From an uncultured Smithella sp. (GTDB lineage Bacteria > Desulfobacterota > Syntrophia > Syntrophales > Smithellaceae): 64,000 bases of DNA. Under the pieces are notes generated by a model that was given only the letters and a program-made list of their open reading frames with translations, was not told the DNA's origin and did no database searches. The DNA lies in NCBI GenBank assembly GCA_964394185.1, contig CAYMWM010000001.1, positions 2,233-66,232 on the forward strand. The letters are read 5' to 3'. Positions 46,702 to 56,340 of this stretch are shown one piece after another; positions within the stretch are counted from its first letter, which is position 1, and every line of letters begins with the position of its first letter. The translations under genes were made by a program, and so were the position numbers.

Positions 46702-49700
46702 ATGTCATTGGGTAAATATAAAATCAGATGGTCTATTATTTTTATTGTCACATTGATTGTGGCGGGGCTTTTTTACTGGGAAACAAAAAATCTCAAAATC
46801 GAAACGGATATTCTTGAGTCCATGCCGCATAAGGATCCTGTCCTTGCCGATGCGCACCTGATTATCAAACATCTGCCCGTTCAGGACAAAGTCTTCATTA
46901 ACCTTGAACAGACATCAATGGATCGCGACCAACTGGTCAATGCGGCAGTCATGGTTTCGGATAAACTCAGTAAAAGCGGACTGTTTACCAAAGTCGGTAT
47001 CGGGGATGACGCAAAAAACTTTCCCGAACTCATGGCTCACGTAAACGACAACCTGCCCGCGCTCATGAACGCATCCGATCTGGAGCAGAGAATCAAACCA
47101 CTTCTGTCGCCGGATAAAATCAGAGAAGCAATGGCGCAAAACCGGCAATTTCTGGGACAACTCGAAGGGATCGGCAGAAGTGAGATGATAGCCAAGGACC
47201 CGCTGGGTTTTTCCGGCGTTATTCTCGGGCAAATGTCGGCGATACTTCCTTCCAAAGAGGCGCAATATTATCAGGGACAACTGATTTCCGAAGACGGCAG
47301 GCACGCGCTGATTATTGCCAGCATCAAGGGTTCGGGAACGGATACAACCACTGCAGCCAAAATCGAAAAACTTCTGGAAGGATGCCGAACGGATCTGTCG
47401 GCAAAGACTGATTCCGGCAATCAATATTCATTGATATCCGTCGGCGCTTATCGCGCGGCTCTGGATAATGAAACCACTGCCAAGCGCGACGTACGGATAG
47501 CGATAACTTTAACGACGCTGGGTATAGTTCTTTTACTCATTTTTGCTTTTCCACGTCCGCTCATCGGCCTGTTGGCACTTCTGCCATCAACGGTGGGGGC
47601 GATTGCGGCTCTGTTTGTCTGTTCTTTTCTTTTCAAATCGATGTCCCTCCTGGCTGTAGGTTTTGGCGGTGCCATTATGGCCTTTACCGTTGATCTGGGA
47701 ATTGCATATCTGCTTTTTCTGGATCAGCCCTACACCACTTATGGTAAGCAGGTTGCGCGGGAGGTCTGGTCAGCGGAACTTGTAGCGGTATTAACAACAG
47801 TCGGATCGTTTCTTTTGCTTCTTATCAGTGATTTCAGAATCCTTGCGGAAATCGGCGTTTTTTCCGCTTTGGGCGTCTCTTTTGCCTTTATATTTGTTCA
47901 TTTTGTTTTCCCGAAAATATTTCCGGTCATGCCACCGGCGAAAAGGCAAAGCAACCATTTGCTTATTGATGTGGTTAAAAAAGTTGCCGCTCCCGCGAAC
48001 TGGAAATTGATTGCCGCAGTTGTCTTCGGGTTAATCATGCTGTTTTTCGCCAGGCCGGTTTTCAATGTGGATATGAATGAAATGAATTCCATGAGCAAGG
48101 AAACCATTAACGCCGATAAAAAAATGCAAAGTGTATGGGGCAACCTGTCCGGTAAGAGCTATGTTTTTCTGGAAGCGCAAAGTATTGGGAAATTGCAGGA
48201 AAAAAACGATCAACTGATGAACTGGCTTGCAGGGGATGTCCGACAGGAAAAACTCTCCCCCGTTTTTCTGCCTTCGGTTCTGTTCCCGTCTGCCTCAAAA
48301 GTCCAAAGTAATTTCCAGGCATGGCAGGATTTCTGGACAGAAGACCGCCTGACAGCTTTTAAGCGTGATTTGAACAAATCGGCCCGGGAAAATGGTTTCG
48401 CGCCTGATGCCTTTGAACCTTTCTGGAAAATAATGAATCAGAAAAATGCCGGGGTTTGTGAAATACCGGGAAAATATTTTGAAATGATGGGAATCACCAA
48501 AAAGCAGGGCGGGTTCACGCAATTGAGCCTGCTCGCGGCGGGGAAAAACTATAACGCGGACGAATTTTTTAAACGAATATCCCAAAGCGGCCTGGCCAAA
48601 ATATTCGACGCTGATTTGTTCAACAAGCGGCTGGGGAATTTTCTGAAAAATCTTTTTCTGGAGATAGCCATAATTATCAGTATTGGACTGGTCGTTGTCA
48701 CTTTTTTACATTTTCTGGACTGGCAATTGACGCTGGCGGCTCTGGCTCCGATTGTCTTTGCGCTTTTTGCCACTCTGGGCACGATGAAAATAATAGGCCA
48801 CCCGCTGGATATTCCGGGCATTATGCTCTGGATTGTCATCATGGGTATGGGGGATGATTACGCGGTTTATTATATCTGCCACTATCAGCGTAATTTTGAT
48901 GAAAAACTTCCGGCCATGCATACCATCAAATTGGCAATATTTCTGGCGGCCTGCACCACTTTAATCGGTTTTGGTGTGCTGATGATTGCAGATCACGCTC
49001 TTTTGCGCAGTATTGGGATCGTTTCTTTTTTAGGTATCGGTTATTCTTTAATCGGCGCATTTTTTATTCTACCGGTTCTGATGGAAAAGATTTATGCTCC
49101 GGTTCAGTACCCCACGAATCAAATAACCACTGGTTCGCGGGAACATCTTAAACGGACGGTTTTGCGCTACCGTCACCTGCCCGCTTATCCACGTGTCTTT
49201 GCGCGTATGAAAATGATGATTGATCCGATGTTCAGAGAACTGGATAAATATGTTCAGAATCCCCGCCGGATTATGGATATCGGCTGTGGTTATGGTGTAC
49301 CTGTTACGTGGCTTCTGGAAATTTATCCGCAAGCGGAAGTGTACGGCATTGAACCGGATGAAGAACGCGTGCTTATCGCTTCCCGTGTTATCGGCAGCCG
49401 AGGCCATGTGGAAGTCGGGCGGGCACCGGATTTGCCCCAGGTCGAAGGGCTTGTCGATTATGTCATTATGCTGGATATGTTGCATCTGATATCCGACAGG
49501 GAAGTTCAAATTTGTTTTCAGCGCATATATGAGAAACTGTCCGGTGACGGGACATTGCTTATCAGGGCAACAATTCCTTCGGATAAACGAGGTCCCTGGA
49601 AACGCTGGATAGAAATTACCAGATTAAAAATTGTCGGAGCGTCAAGCCGGTTTCGTGGTGAAAAAGAAATTGTTGATTTTATGGAAGCGGCAGGCTTTGA

Positions 49701-49770
49701 TGTTATTGTTTCTGTTTCGCCGCAAAAGGGCATTGAAGAAAAGTGGTTTACCGGAAAGAAACATATATAA
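46702..49770 (+). CDS. MMPL/RND-type lipid exporter fused to a C-terminal class I SAM-dependent methyltransferase
   Basis: 1022 aa. Two 6-TM bundles with large loops in the first ~790 aa. The C-terminus has RRIMDIGCGYGVPVTWLL...VYGIEPDE (motif I / post-I). Confidence 0.8.
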   Translation: MSLGKYKIRWSIIFIVTLIVAGLFYWETKNLKIETDILESMPHKDPVLADAHLIIKHLPVQDKVFINLEQTSMDRDQLVNAAVMVSDKLSKSGLFTKVGIGDDAKNFPELMAHVNDNLPALMNASDLEQRIKPLLSPDKIREAMAQNRQFLGQLEGIGRSEMIAKDPLGFSGVILGQMSAILPSKEAQYYQGQLISEDGRHALIIASIKGSGTDTTTAAKIEKLLEGCRTDLSAKTDSGNQYSLISVGAYRAALDNETTAKRDVRIAITLTTLGIVLLLIFAFPRPLIGLLALLPSTVGAIAALFVCSFLFKSMSLLAVGFGGAIMAFTVDLGIAYLLFLDQPYTTYGKQVAREVWSAELVAVLTTVGSFLLLLISDFRILAEIGVFSALGVSFAFIFVHFVFPKIFPVMPPAKRQSNHLLIDVVKKVAAPANWKLIAAVVFGLIMLFFARPVFNVDMNEMNSMSKETINADKKMQSVWGNLSGKSYVFLEAQSIGKLQEKNDQLMNWLAGDVRQEKLSPVFLPSVLFPSASKVQSNFQAWQDFWTEDRLTAFKRDLNKSARENGFAPDAFEPFWKIMNQKNAGVCEIPGKYFEMMGITKKQGGFTQLSLLAAGKNYNADEFFKRISQSGLAKIFDADLFNKRLGNFLKNLFLEIAIIISIGLVVVTFLHFLDWQLTLAALAPIVFALFATLGTMKIIGHPLDIPGIMLWIVIMGMGDDYAVYYICHYQRNFDEKLPAMHTIKLAIFLAACTTLIGFGVLMIADHALLRSIGIVSFLGIGYSLIGAFFILPVLMEKIYAPVQYPTNQITTGSREHLKRTVLRYRHLPAYPRVFARMKMMIDPMFRELDKYVQNPRRIMDIGCGYGVPVTWLLEIYPQAEVYGIEPDEERVLIASRVIGSRGHVEVGRAPDLPQVEGLVDYVIMLDMLHLISDREVQICFQRIYEKLSGDGTLLIRATIPSDKRGPWKRWIEITRLKIVGASSRFRGEKEIVDFMEAAGFDVIVSVSPQKGIEEKWFTGKKHI

Positions 49771-49855
49771 AAGCAAGCGGGGTGTTTGCGGAAAATTCGG
49801 GAGATAATATATTAAAAATTCAACATCATAAAAAAATTTGGGAGGAGGGGCAAAT

Positions 49856-51574
49856 ATGTACGAACAAAAACCTTGGTTGAAGTTTTATCAGCATGTTCCG
49901 CATAACATAGATTATCCTCGTGTTACCATGTATGAGGCGTTAAAAAAAACAGCGGATCAAAATCCCGATTCCATCGCCTATGATTTTCTCGGTTACACAT
50001 CCACCTATCGCAAATTCATGTCGGAAATTGATCACTGCGCGGACGCTCTCAACGCGCTGGGCCTCAAAAAAGGCGAGAAAATAACCATCTCCATGCCGAC
50101 CTCACCGCAGGGCATCATCTGTTTTTACGCCGCCAATAAACTCGGCGCAGTCAGCAGTATGATTCATCCCCTTTCCACAGCCAAAGAGATTGAATTTTAT
50201 CTGAATGTGGCCAAAAGCCGCTTTGCGCTGACACTGGACGCTTTCTACGCCAAATTCAAGGAAGCTAAAAATTCCACGCCGCTGGAGACTCTGATTCTTG
50301 CCCGGATTCCCGATTATCTGAATCTTTTCAAAAAAATCGGCTTTAATCTGACCAAAGGCCGCCAAATTCCCAAAGTACCACCCGACCCCATGGTCAAGTG
50401 GTGGGCTGATCTTATGAAAGGCAGCTATGCCAATGCGCCCCATGTCCAAATGGATACCGATGATCTGGCCGTTATTCTTTACAGCGGCGGAACAACCGGA
50501 GTTCCCAAAGGCATTATGCTTTCCAATATGAATTTCATCAGTGAAGGGATGCAGGTTTCCGCTTGGGGCAAACTTTCCAGCGCCGATTCCATCCTGGCCA
50601 TTTTACCGATATTTCACGGTTTCGGACTGGGTGTTTGTGTTAATGCCTGCTTCATGGGAGGAGGCAAAAGTATTCTGGTGCCTCAATTTACTCCGGAAAC
50701 CGTTGCTGACCTGATCAGTACGAAAAAACCTTCCTTTGTCATTGGTGTTCCCACTCTCTTTGATGCTCTGAGCCGCAGTCCCAAAATGCAGAAAGCGGAT
50801 TTGAGCTGCCTGCGGGCGACTTTTTCCGGCGCCGATTCGCTGCCCTGCACGGTCAAAGAGCGGTTTGAAGAAATGGTCAAGAAACAAGGCGGCGGTGTGC
50901 AACTGCTGGAAGGATACGGCCTGACCGAGGCGGTCACGGCAATCATGGCCATGCCGCTGGGTCATTACCGGCAAGGAAGTATCGGTATCCCTTTTCCGGA
51001 TATGCTGGCAAAGATTGTTACGCTGGACACGACCGATGAAGCGCCACTGGGTGAAGAGGGAGAAATTTGTGTTTCCGGTCCGGCGGTGATGATGGGTTAT
51101 CTGGAGCACCCAGAGGAAACAGCTGAAACGCTCAAAAAACATGCCGATGGCCGCATCTGGCTGCATACCGGTGATATCGGGACAATGGATCAGGACGGCT
51201 TTTTCCATTTCAAACTGCGGCAAAAGCGCATGATTAAATCATCCGGCATGAATGTCTATCCCGCGCAGGTGGAGGAGCTTCTCTACAAGCATCCGAAAGT
51301 GCGTGATGCCTGCGTTATCGGTGTGCCCGATGAGGCGCAGGTTCAGGTAGTGAAAGGTTTTGTCGTCCTGAAGAATCCGGCAGACGCCGGCGCTGAAACA
51401 CAGAAGGAATTGATTAATTATTGCCGTGAGCATTTGATCAAATGGAGCTGTCCGCGTTCCATTGAATTCAGGGATGACCTGCCCAAAACACTGGTTGGCA
51501 AAATAGCTTTCAATGTTCTCGAAAAAGAGGAAATTGAAAAACTGAAAAAAGAGGGAAAATATTCGGGAAATTAA
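49856..51574 (+). CDS. AMP-dependent acyl/aryl-CoA (or -ACP) ligase
   Basis: ATG 49856 after GGAGGAGGGG. YSGGTTGVPKG, GYGLTE, TGDIG..DQDGF and a C-terminal VGK. Confidence 0.85.
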   Translation: MYEQKPWLKFYQHVPHNIDYPRVTMYEALKKTADQNPDSIAYDFLGYTSTYRKFMSEIDHCADALNALGLKKGEKITISMPTSPQGIICFYAANKLGAVSSMIHPLSTAKEIEFYLNVAKSRFALTLDAFYAKFKEAKNSTPLETLILARIPDYLNLFKKIGFNLTKGRQIPKVPPDPMVKWWADLMKGSYANAPHVQMDTDDLAVILYSGGTTGVPKGIMLSNMNFISEGMQVSAWGKLSSADSILAILPIFHGFGLGVCVNACFMGGGKSILVPQFTPETVADLISTKKPSFVIGVPTLFDALSRSPKMQKADLSCLRATFSGADSLPCTVKERFEEMVKKQGGGVQLLEGYGLTEAVTAIMAMPLGHYRQGSIGIPFPDMLAKIVTLDTTDEAPLGEEGEICVSGPAVMMGYLEHPEETAETLKKHADGRIWLHTGDIGTMDQDGFFHFKLRQKRMIKSSGMNVYPAQVEELLYKHPKVRDACVIGVPDEAQVQVVKGFVVLKNPADAGAETQKELINYCREHLIKWSCPRSIEFRDDLPKTLVGKIAFNVLEKEEIEKLKKEGKYSGN

Positions 51575-51601
51575 CTATTAAGTGAATATTTTCATTAATT
51601 T

Positions 51602-52480
51602 ATGAACAAGATGCCTTATAATATACTGCTTTATTCAACCCGGTGGTTGGGTCTGTGGTTTTTTCGCATTTTTTCCTGGTTTATCGCCACCGGATACTTT
51701 TTTCTTTTCCCGGTGCGCGTGGCCAACAGCTTTGAATTCTACCGCACCCTGTTTCCCCGGCACGGGTTTTTCTATCATCTCTGGTGCGCGTGGAAGCAGT
51801 ATCATAAATTTACCGATGTCTATATTCATCGTTTCGTTCACCTTGATGACGAAGATATCGAATATGTAAAAGAAGGATGGGAATATCTGGAAGAAGCCGT
51901 GCAGAAAAAGACGGGCGCCATTTTATTGATGTCTCATATCGGCAACTGGGAACTGGCCGCGCAAACGCTGAACAAAAAAGGCCTGCCGATTATGCTTTAT
52001 CTGGGCGCCAAACACAAAGAGCAGATTGAGCATATTCAAAAACAGCTTCTGGCGAAAAGTGGCATCAGGGTTGTGGTGACATCCGAAGATGAAAAATCTC
52101 CTTTCGCTTTAATAGAAAGTATCAATTTCCTGCGTGAAGGCGGTATTGTTTCCATGACCGGCGATCGCCTCTGGGGCGAGCAGAGTTACGTCACGGTGAA
52201 TTTCCTGGGTCATGAAGTCAATCTGCCGGATACGCCGCATTTGTTTGCCCTGATGACCGGTGCGCCTTTGATGACTTTTTTTGTGTATCAGGAAGCCATC
52301 GGGAAATATCATATCAAGGTTTCGAAAGGCCGTAGAGTGTTCGCGGCAACCCGCGCAGACAGAAAAAGGGCTGTGCAGGAATCAGCACAGGCCTATGCAC
52401 AAGACCTGTCACTGTTTGCCCGCGAACATCCTTTCGAGTGGCATCATTTCGAACCGTTTTTAGGGAAGAAAATAAGTTAA
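51602..52480 (+). CDS. LpxL/HtrB-family (lysophospholipid/lipid A type) acyltransferase
   Basis: N-terminal TM helix, then LLMSHIGNWELAAQ (HxxxxE/D acyltransferase motif). Confidence 0.7.
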   Translation: MNKMPYNILLYSTRWLGLWFFRIFSWFIATGYFFLFPVRVANSFEFYRTLFPRHGFFYHLWCAWKQYHKFTDVYIHRFVHLDDEDIEYVKEGWEYLEEAVQKKTGAILLMSHIGNWELAAQTLNKKGLPIMLYLGAKHKEQIEHIQKQLLAKSGIRVVVTSEDEKSPFALIESINFLREGGIVSMTGDRLWGEQSYVTVNFLGHEVNLPDTPHLFALMTGAPLMTFFVYQEAIGKYHIKVSKGRRVFAATRADRKRAVQESAQAYAQDLSLFAREHPFEWHHFEPFLGKKIS

Positions 52481-52662
52481 AGCAGGGTTCATGTTCCGCT
52501 TGGATCCGTTTAGAAGATCCTTCATTCTGAGCGTTTCCGGATAAGGCATCCGGTGCAGCAACCGGTAACGCAGGGTTCATTAAAAAGACCTTTTCGCTTT
52601 ATTAAATTTAGTATAAGAAATGAATCTGAATAGATACTTTATTATGATAGGTAGGGCTGTCC

Positions 52663-53064
52663 ATGAAGGTAGGAGAAGTTCCACAGGATAATACTATTGA
52701 ATATTATGAAGGGATAAAACGCGCCTGTTATGCGGTCAATGATGAAGGGAAGTATGTCATTGTGCCAAGCAACGGCTGGAGCGAGGAGGAATTTATCAAT
52801 CGCATGGCCGTTAATGAGCTGGCTGTTAATCTGGAGAAAACCAGAAAAGCCGTGCTTGCCGGGGAAAAAAGTTCTCTCGCTTATCATATGGAGCGGCGGC
52901 AGATGACCCCGGATATTCTAGGTAAAACAGCCGGTATTGCCGTATTTCGGGTAAAAAGGCATTGCCGGCCGGAAATTTTCGCAACACTCAAAGATTCTGT
53001 TCTGGATCTTTACGCAAAAGCTCTCGCTATGACTATAGACGAATTAAAAAACGTACCTCAATAA
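52663..53064 (+). CDS. Hypothetical protein with a possible C-terminal HTH
   Basis: 133 aa. MTPDILGKTAGIAVFRVKRH resembles an XRE-type helix-turn-helix. Confidence 0.4.
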   Translation: MKVGEVPQDNTIEYYEGIKRACYAVNDEGKYVIVPSNGWSEEEFINRMAVNELAVNLEKTRKAVLAGEKSSLAYHMERRQMTPDILGKTAGIAVFRVKRHCRPEIFATLKDSVLDLYAKALAMTIDELKNVPQ

Positions 53065-53085
53065 TACACAAGAAAGGATTTATTA

Positions 53086-54123
53086 TTGACAACTTCAGAA
53101 ATAACATCAGCCGGTAAACCTTTTGTTCATTATCATGCCGCTCACTGCGAAACCGGCGTTACTGCCGCCTTATTGCGTGACAGGGGACTGGATATCAGCG
53201 AAGCAATGATTTTCGGCATCGGCAGTGGCGTTTTTTTCGGCCATTTTCCTTTTGTAAAAGTGATGGGTCTTCCCATTACAACCTATCGTATTCAGCCGGC
53301 AGCCATTTTTCGTAAAGCGGCCAAAAGACTGGGGTGGAAATTTGTCACACAACGTTTTCGTAATGCGCAGAAGGGTATGGACGAACTGAAGCGCGTGCTC
53401 GGATCCGGTCAGATTGTGGGAGTAACCACAAACATCTACTGGCTTTCCTATATTCCCAATCGTTTCCGTTTTCAATTCAACGGCCACAATATTGTTGTTT
53501 TACGCGAGATCGGAGGCGGCTTTCGCGTAAGCGACCCTGTTCTGGCCGATCCGGTGGATTGTTCAGAGGAAGACCTAATCAGGGCGCGTTTCGCACGTGG
53601 CCCCCTGGAGCCTCATGGATTTATGTATTATCCGTTATCTTTTAATCTTAATCCCGATTTACATAGAGCCTCTCTGGAAGGAATGCTTGATACCTGCAAT
53701 ATGATGCTTAGAATTCCTTTGCCGATTATCGGTATGCGCGCCATTCGATTTCTGGCAAAAAGAGTTATTAAATTCGAACATACATATGGGTTTGAGGAGG
53801 GCTGCAGGCAGTTGGGAACAATTGTTCGCATGCAGGAGGAAGTTGGCACTGGTGGCGCCGGATTCCGCTATATGTATGCTGCTTTTTTACAGGAAGCTGC
53901 GGAACTGTTTGGTTCCGACCAACTTCGCGAGTTATCCCGGGAAATGACAGCCATCGGTGATATCTGGCGCGAATTTGCCGTTACGTCCGCACGTATTATA
54001 AAAAAGAGAGGAAACCATGACGCGACCTTTGCCAAGGCCGGCGGACTCATGTTGATTTGCGCCGGTCGGGAGGAAGAACTTTTTAAAAACCTGCGGGACG
54101 TCGCGGGTCAACTGAAATCATGA
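53086..54123 (+). CDS. BtrH-N-like (papain/C39-like fold) plus DUF4872-like protein
   Basis: TTG start after AAAGGA. FVHYHAAHCETGVTAALL N-terminal Cys motif as I recall for BtrH-like proteins. Family assignment from memory. Confidence 0.55.
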   Translation: MTTSEITSAGKPFVHYHAAHCETGVTAALLRDRGLDISEAMIFGIGSGVFFGHFPFVKVMGLPITTYRIQPAAIFRKAAKRLGWKFVTQRFRNAQKGMDELKRVLGSGQIVGVTTNIYWLSYIPNRFRFQFNGHNIVVLREIGGGFRVSDPVLADPVDCSEEDLIRARFARGPLEPHGFMYYPLSFNLNPDLHRASLEGMLDTCNMMLRIPLPIIGMRAIRFLAKRVIKFEHTYGFEEGCRQLGTIVRMQEEVGTGGAGFRYMYAAFLQEAAELFGSDQLRELSREMTAIGDIWREFAVTSARIIKKRGNHDATFAKAGGLMLICAGREEELFKNLRDVAGQLKS

Positions 54124-54863
54124 AAGCGCTGGAAATTTCGCAAATAACTTTTTCCTATGATCGGGCGGTTGATAAATCGTCAGGTGGAGAAATCGAATAC
54201 GCCCTGCGTGATTTTTCCATGTCGGTGGAGGCAGGCGAGATTCATGCGCTTTTGGGACCTAACGGCGCGGGCAAGACCACTCTGATGCGCCTGATAACCG
54301 GACAGTTACGGAGTTATTCGGGTAGCATATTTATCCATGGCAGCAAAAACGATTCCAAAGAAGCTTTAAATTACATAGGTTATGCTCCTCAGCCGGTATC
54401 AGTGTACACATCATTAACGGCGCAGGAGAACCTGCACGTTTTCGGCGTTATGGCCGGGTTGTTCCAGGAAAATCTGGAAGAAAGGTCAAAAGCTGTTCTG
54501 GAAGAAACGGGACTATTTCCTTACGCGCAAAAAAGGGCATCAAGCTATTCCGGCGGGATGCTGCGCCGCCTGAATCTTGCCGTGGCGCTTTTGCATTCAC
54601 CAAGGCTTTTGCTTCTGGATGAACCGACGGTGGGTGTCGACCCGCAGAGCCGAAACAATATTTATGAAACGCTCAATAAATTGAATGCCGATGGCATAGC
54701 AATTGTCCTGTGCACTCATATTATGGAAGAAGCACAGCGCATGTGCTCTAAAGTGACGTTGCTGGATAGAGGGTCTGTAATTTTTGCCGGCGATATGAGC
54801 GAAATCGATAATCTGGAAAAATTCTTCCTGGAGCATACAGGGCGGGGATTGCGTGACGATTAA
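54120..54863 (+). CDS. ABC transporter ATP-binding protein
   Basis: GPNGAGKTT (Walker A), YSGGMLRRL (signature), LLLLDEP (Walker B). ATGA overlap with the upstream gene. Confidence 0.9.
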   Translation: MKALEISQITFSYDRAVDKSSGGEIEYALRDFSMSVEAGEIHALLGPNGAGKTTLMRLITGQLRSYSGSIFIHGSKNDSKEALNYIGYAPQPVSVYTSLTAQENLHVFGVMAGLFQENLEERSKAVLEETGLFPYAQKRASSYSGGMLRRLNLAVALLHSPRLLLLDEPTVGVDPQSRNNIYETLNKLNADGIAIVLCTHIMEEAQRMCSKVTLLDRGSVIFAGDMSEIDNLEKFFLEHTGRGLRDD

Positions 54864-54919
54864 GATTAACTTAAAACATTACTTGAAATTGATGAGCATT
54901 TTTTTGGGGCAATAAATTA

Positions 54920-56038
54920 ATGTTCAGAAAATTAATGGAACTCATTCGCAAAGAGATGCTGGTTTTGTTGCGCGGACGCCAGACCATCCCAATTTTATTT
55001 ATCATGCCCATGGCGCTTATCTTCTTTCTGTCTCTGGCATTGCAGGGTGTTTATACGGAAAAAGTAACCGGTCAGCAGATCCCCGTTGTCATCGAAGTTA
55101 CCGGTAATTCTCCCAAGTCGATATTGCTGGCAAAGAAATTAAGCGAACACAAATTAATTAAGCGCGTCCAGCGGCCACAGGGTTTGAGCAACGATAAGCT
55201 TTTTGAATCCGGCAGGGCGCATGTGGTAATTTATATACCGGATGGATTTGGCGAAGGGACAAAACCTGTGGAAGTGGAATATGATCCCGTTCTTGACGCT
55301 GGTTACAAAGCCGCCGCCCGTTCGCTCATTACCAGTCTGACTGCCGGCGTGGTTATGGGCATCGATGATATCGAAGCCCTGTCTGCCGGTTTTATTGTTG
55401 AGAAAACAAAACACAATAAAAGTTATCCCAGCCCGCTTCAGCACACGGTGCCCGGCTGGTCAATTTTCGCGATGTTTTTTATCGCCATTCCCATGTCCGG
55501 CGGATTTCTTCGGGAAAAAAACGACGGCACTCTGCAACGGATTTTCACCTATCCGGTTGATACCGGCACCGTTATACTGGGAAAACTTGTTCCTTATTAT
55601 TTGATTAATTTGATTCAGTTTGCTTTAATGCTTATGGTCGGCGTCTATATTATGCCATTATTTATTAAAATTCCCTTCTCCCTGGGAGCGCATCCGTGGC
55701 ATATTATTCCGGTAACGCTTGCCGTCGCGGCTGCTTCCACAGGATTCGGCGTGCTGGTGGCGTCAACAGCGCGCTCTCCGGAACAGTCTTCCGCTCTGGC
55801 GGCAACAGGTTCGGTGTTGATGGCAGTATTCGGCGGAATCATGGTGCCGCATGTGGTTATGCCGCTCATCATGAAAAAACTGGCGATGATATCGCCCATG
55901 TTCTGGGCGCAGCAGGCTTATCTGGATATTTTTGTACGCGATGCTGATTTTAGTTCTATTTTACCGAAGCTGGTCATCTTAACATTTTTTGCGCTTATCT
56001 GTTTTTATATAGCTGGGAGGAAAGTAAAATGGATGTAA
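54920..56038 (+). CDS. ABC-2-type transporter permease
   Basis: 372 aa. N-terminal TM helix, large loop, then five C-terminal TM helices, typical of the ABC-2 family. Confidence 0.8.
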   Translation: MFRKLMELIRKEMLVLLRGRQTIPILFIMPMALIFFLSLALQGVYTEKVTGQQIPVVIEVTGNSPKSILLAKKLSEHKLIKRVQRPQGLSNDKLFESGRAHVVIYIPDGFGEGTKPVEVEYDPVLDAGYKAAARSLITSLTAGVVMGIDDIEALSAGFIVEKTKHNKSYPSPLQHTVPGWSIFAMFFIAIPMSGGFLREKNDGTLQRIFTYPVDTGTVILGKLVPYYLINLIQFALMLMVGVYIMPLFIKIPFSLGAHPWHIIPVTLAVAAASTGFGVLVASTARSPEQSSALAATGSVLMAVFGGIMVPHVVMPLIMKKLAMISPMFWAQQAYLDIFVRDADFSSILPKLVILTFFALICFYIAGRKVKWM

Positions 56039-56340
56039 ATCAAAGTTTAAAAGAGTTGAACGTGTCTTCTCGGGACGAATTAATTTTCAAGCTCAAAGAG
56101 TTGATAATAAGAGCATGTGAAGTGACGGACGTAAAACCGGAAGATGTTCCTACCGATGTTCCCTTTATCGGCGGTTCCGGACCTCTGATGCTTGATAGTC
56201 TCGACGCGATGGAAATTGCCATGGAGATAAGGCATGTATTTGGCGTGGAATTGAAGAACGCCTCGACAGCCGCCAAAGCAATGCAATCATTTGATACGCT
56301 GGCCGATTTTATTATCAGTGCTCCGAAGGTTAAAAAATGA
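56029..56340 (+). CDS. Acyl carrier protein (second, divergent)
   Basis: LMLDSLDAMEIAMEI Ser attachment context. Its start overlaps the permease stop by 10 nt. Confidence 0.75.
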   Translation: MDVNQSLKELNVSSRDELIFKLKELIIRACEVTDVKPEDVPTDVPFIGGSGPLMLDSLDAMEIAMEIRHVFGVELKNASTAAKAMQSFDTLADFIISAPKVKK

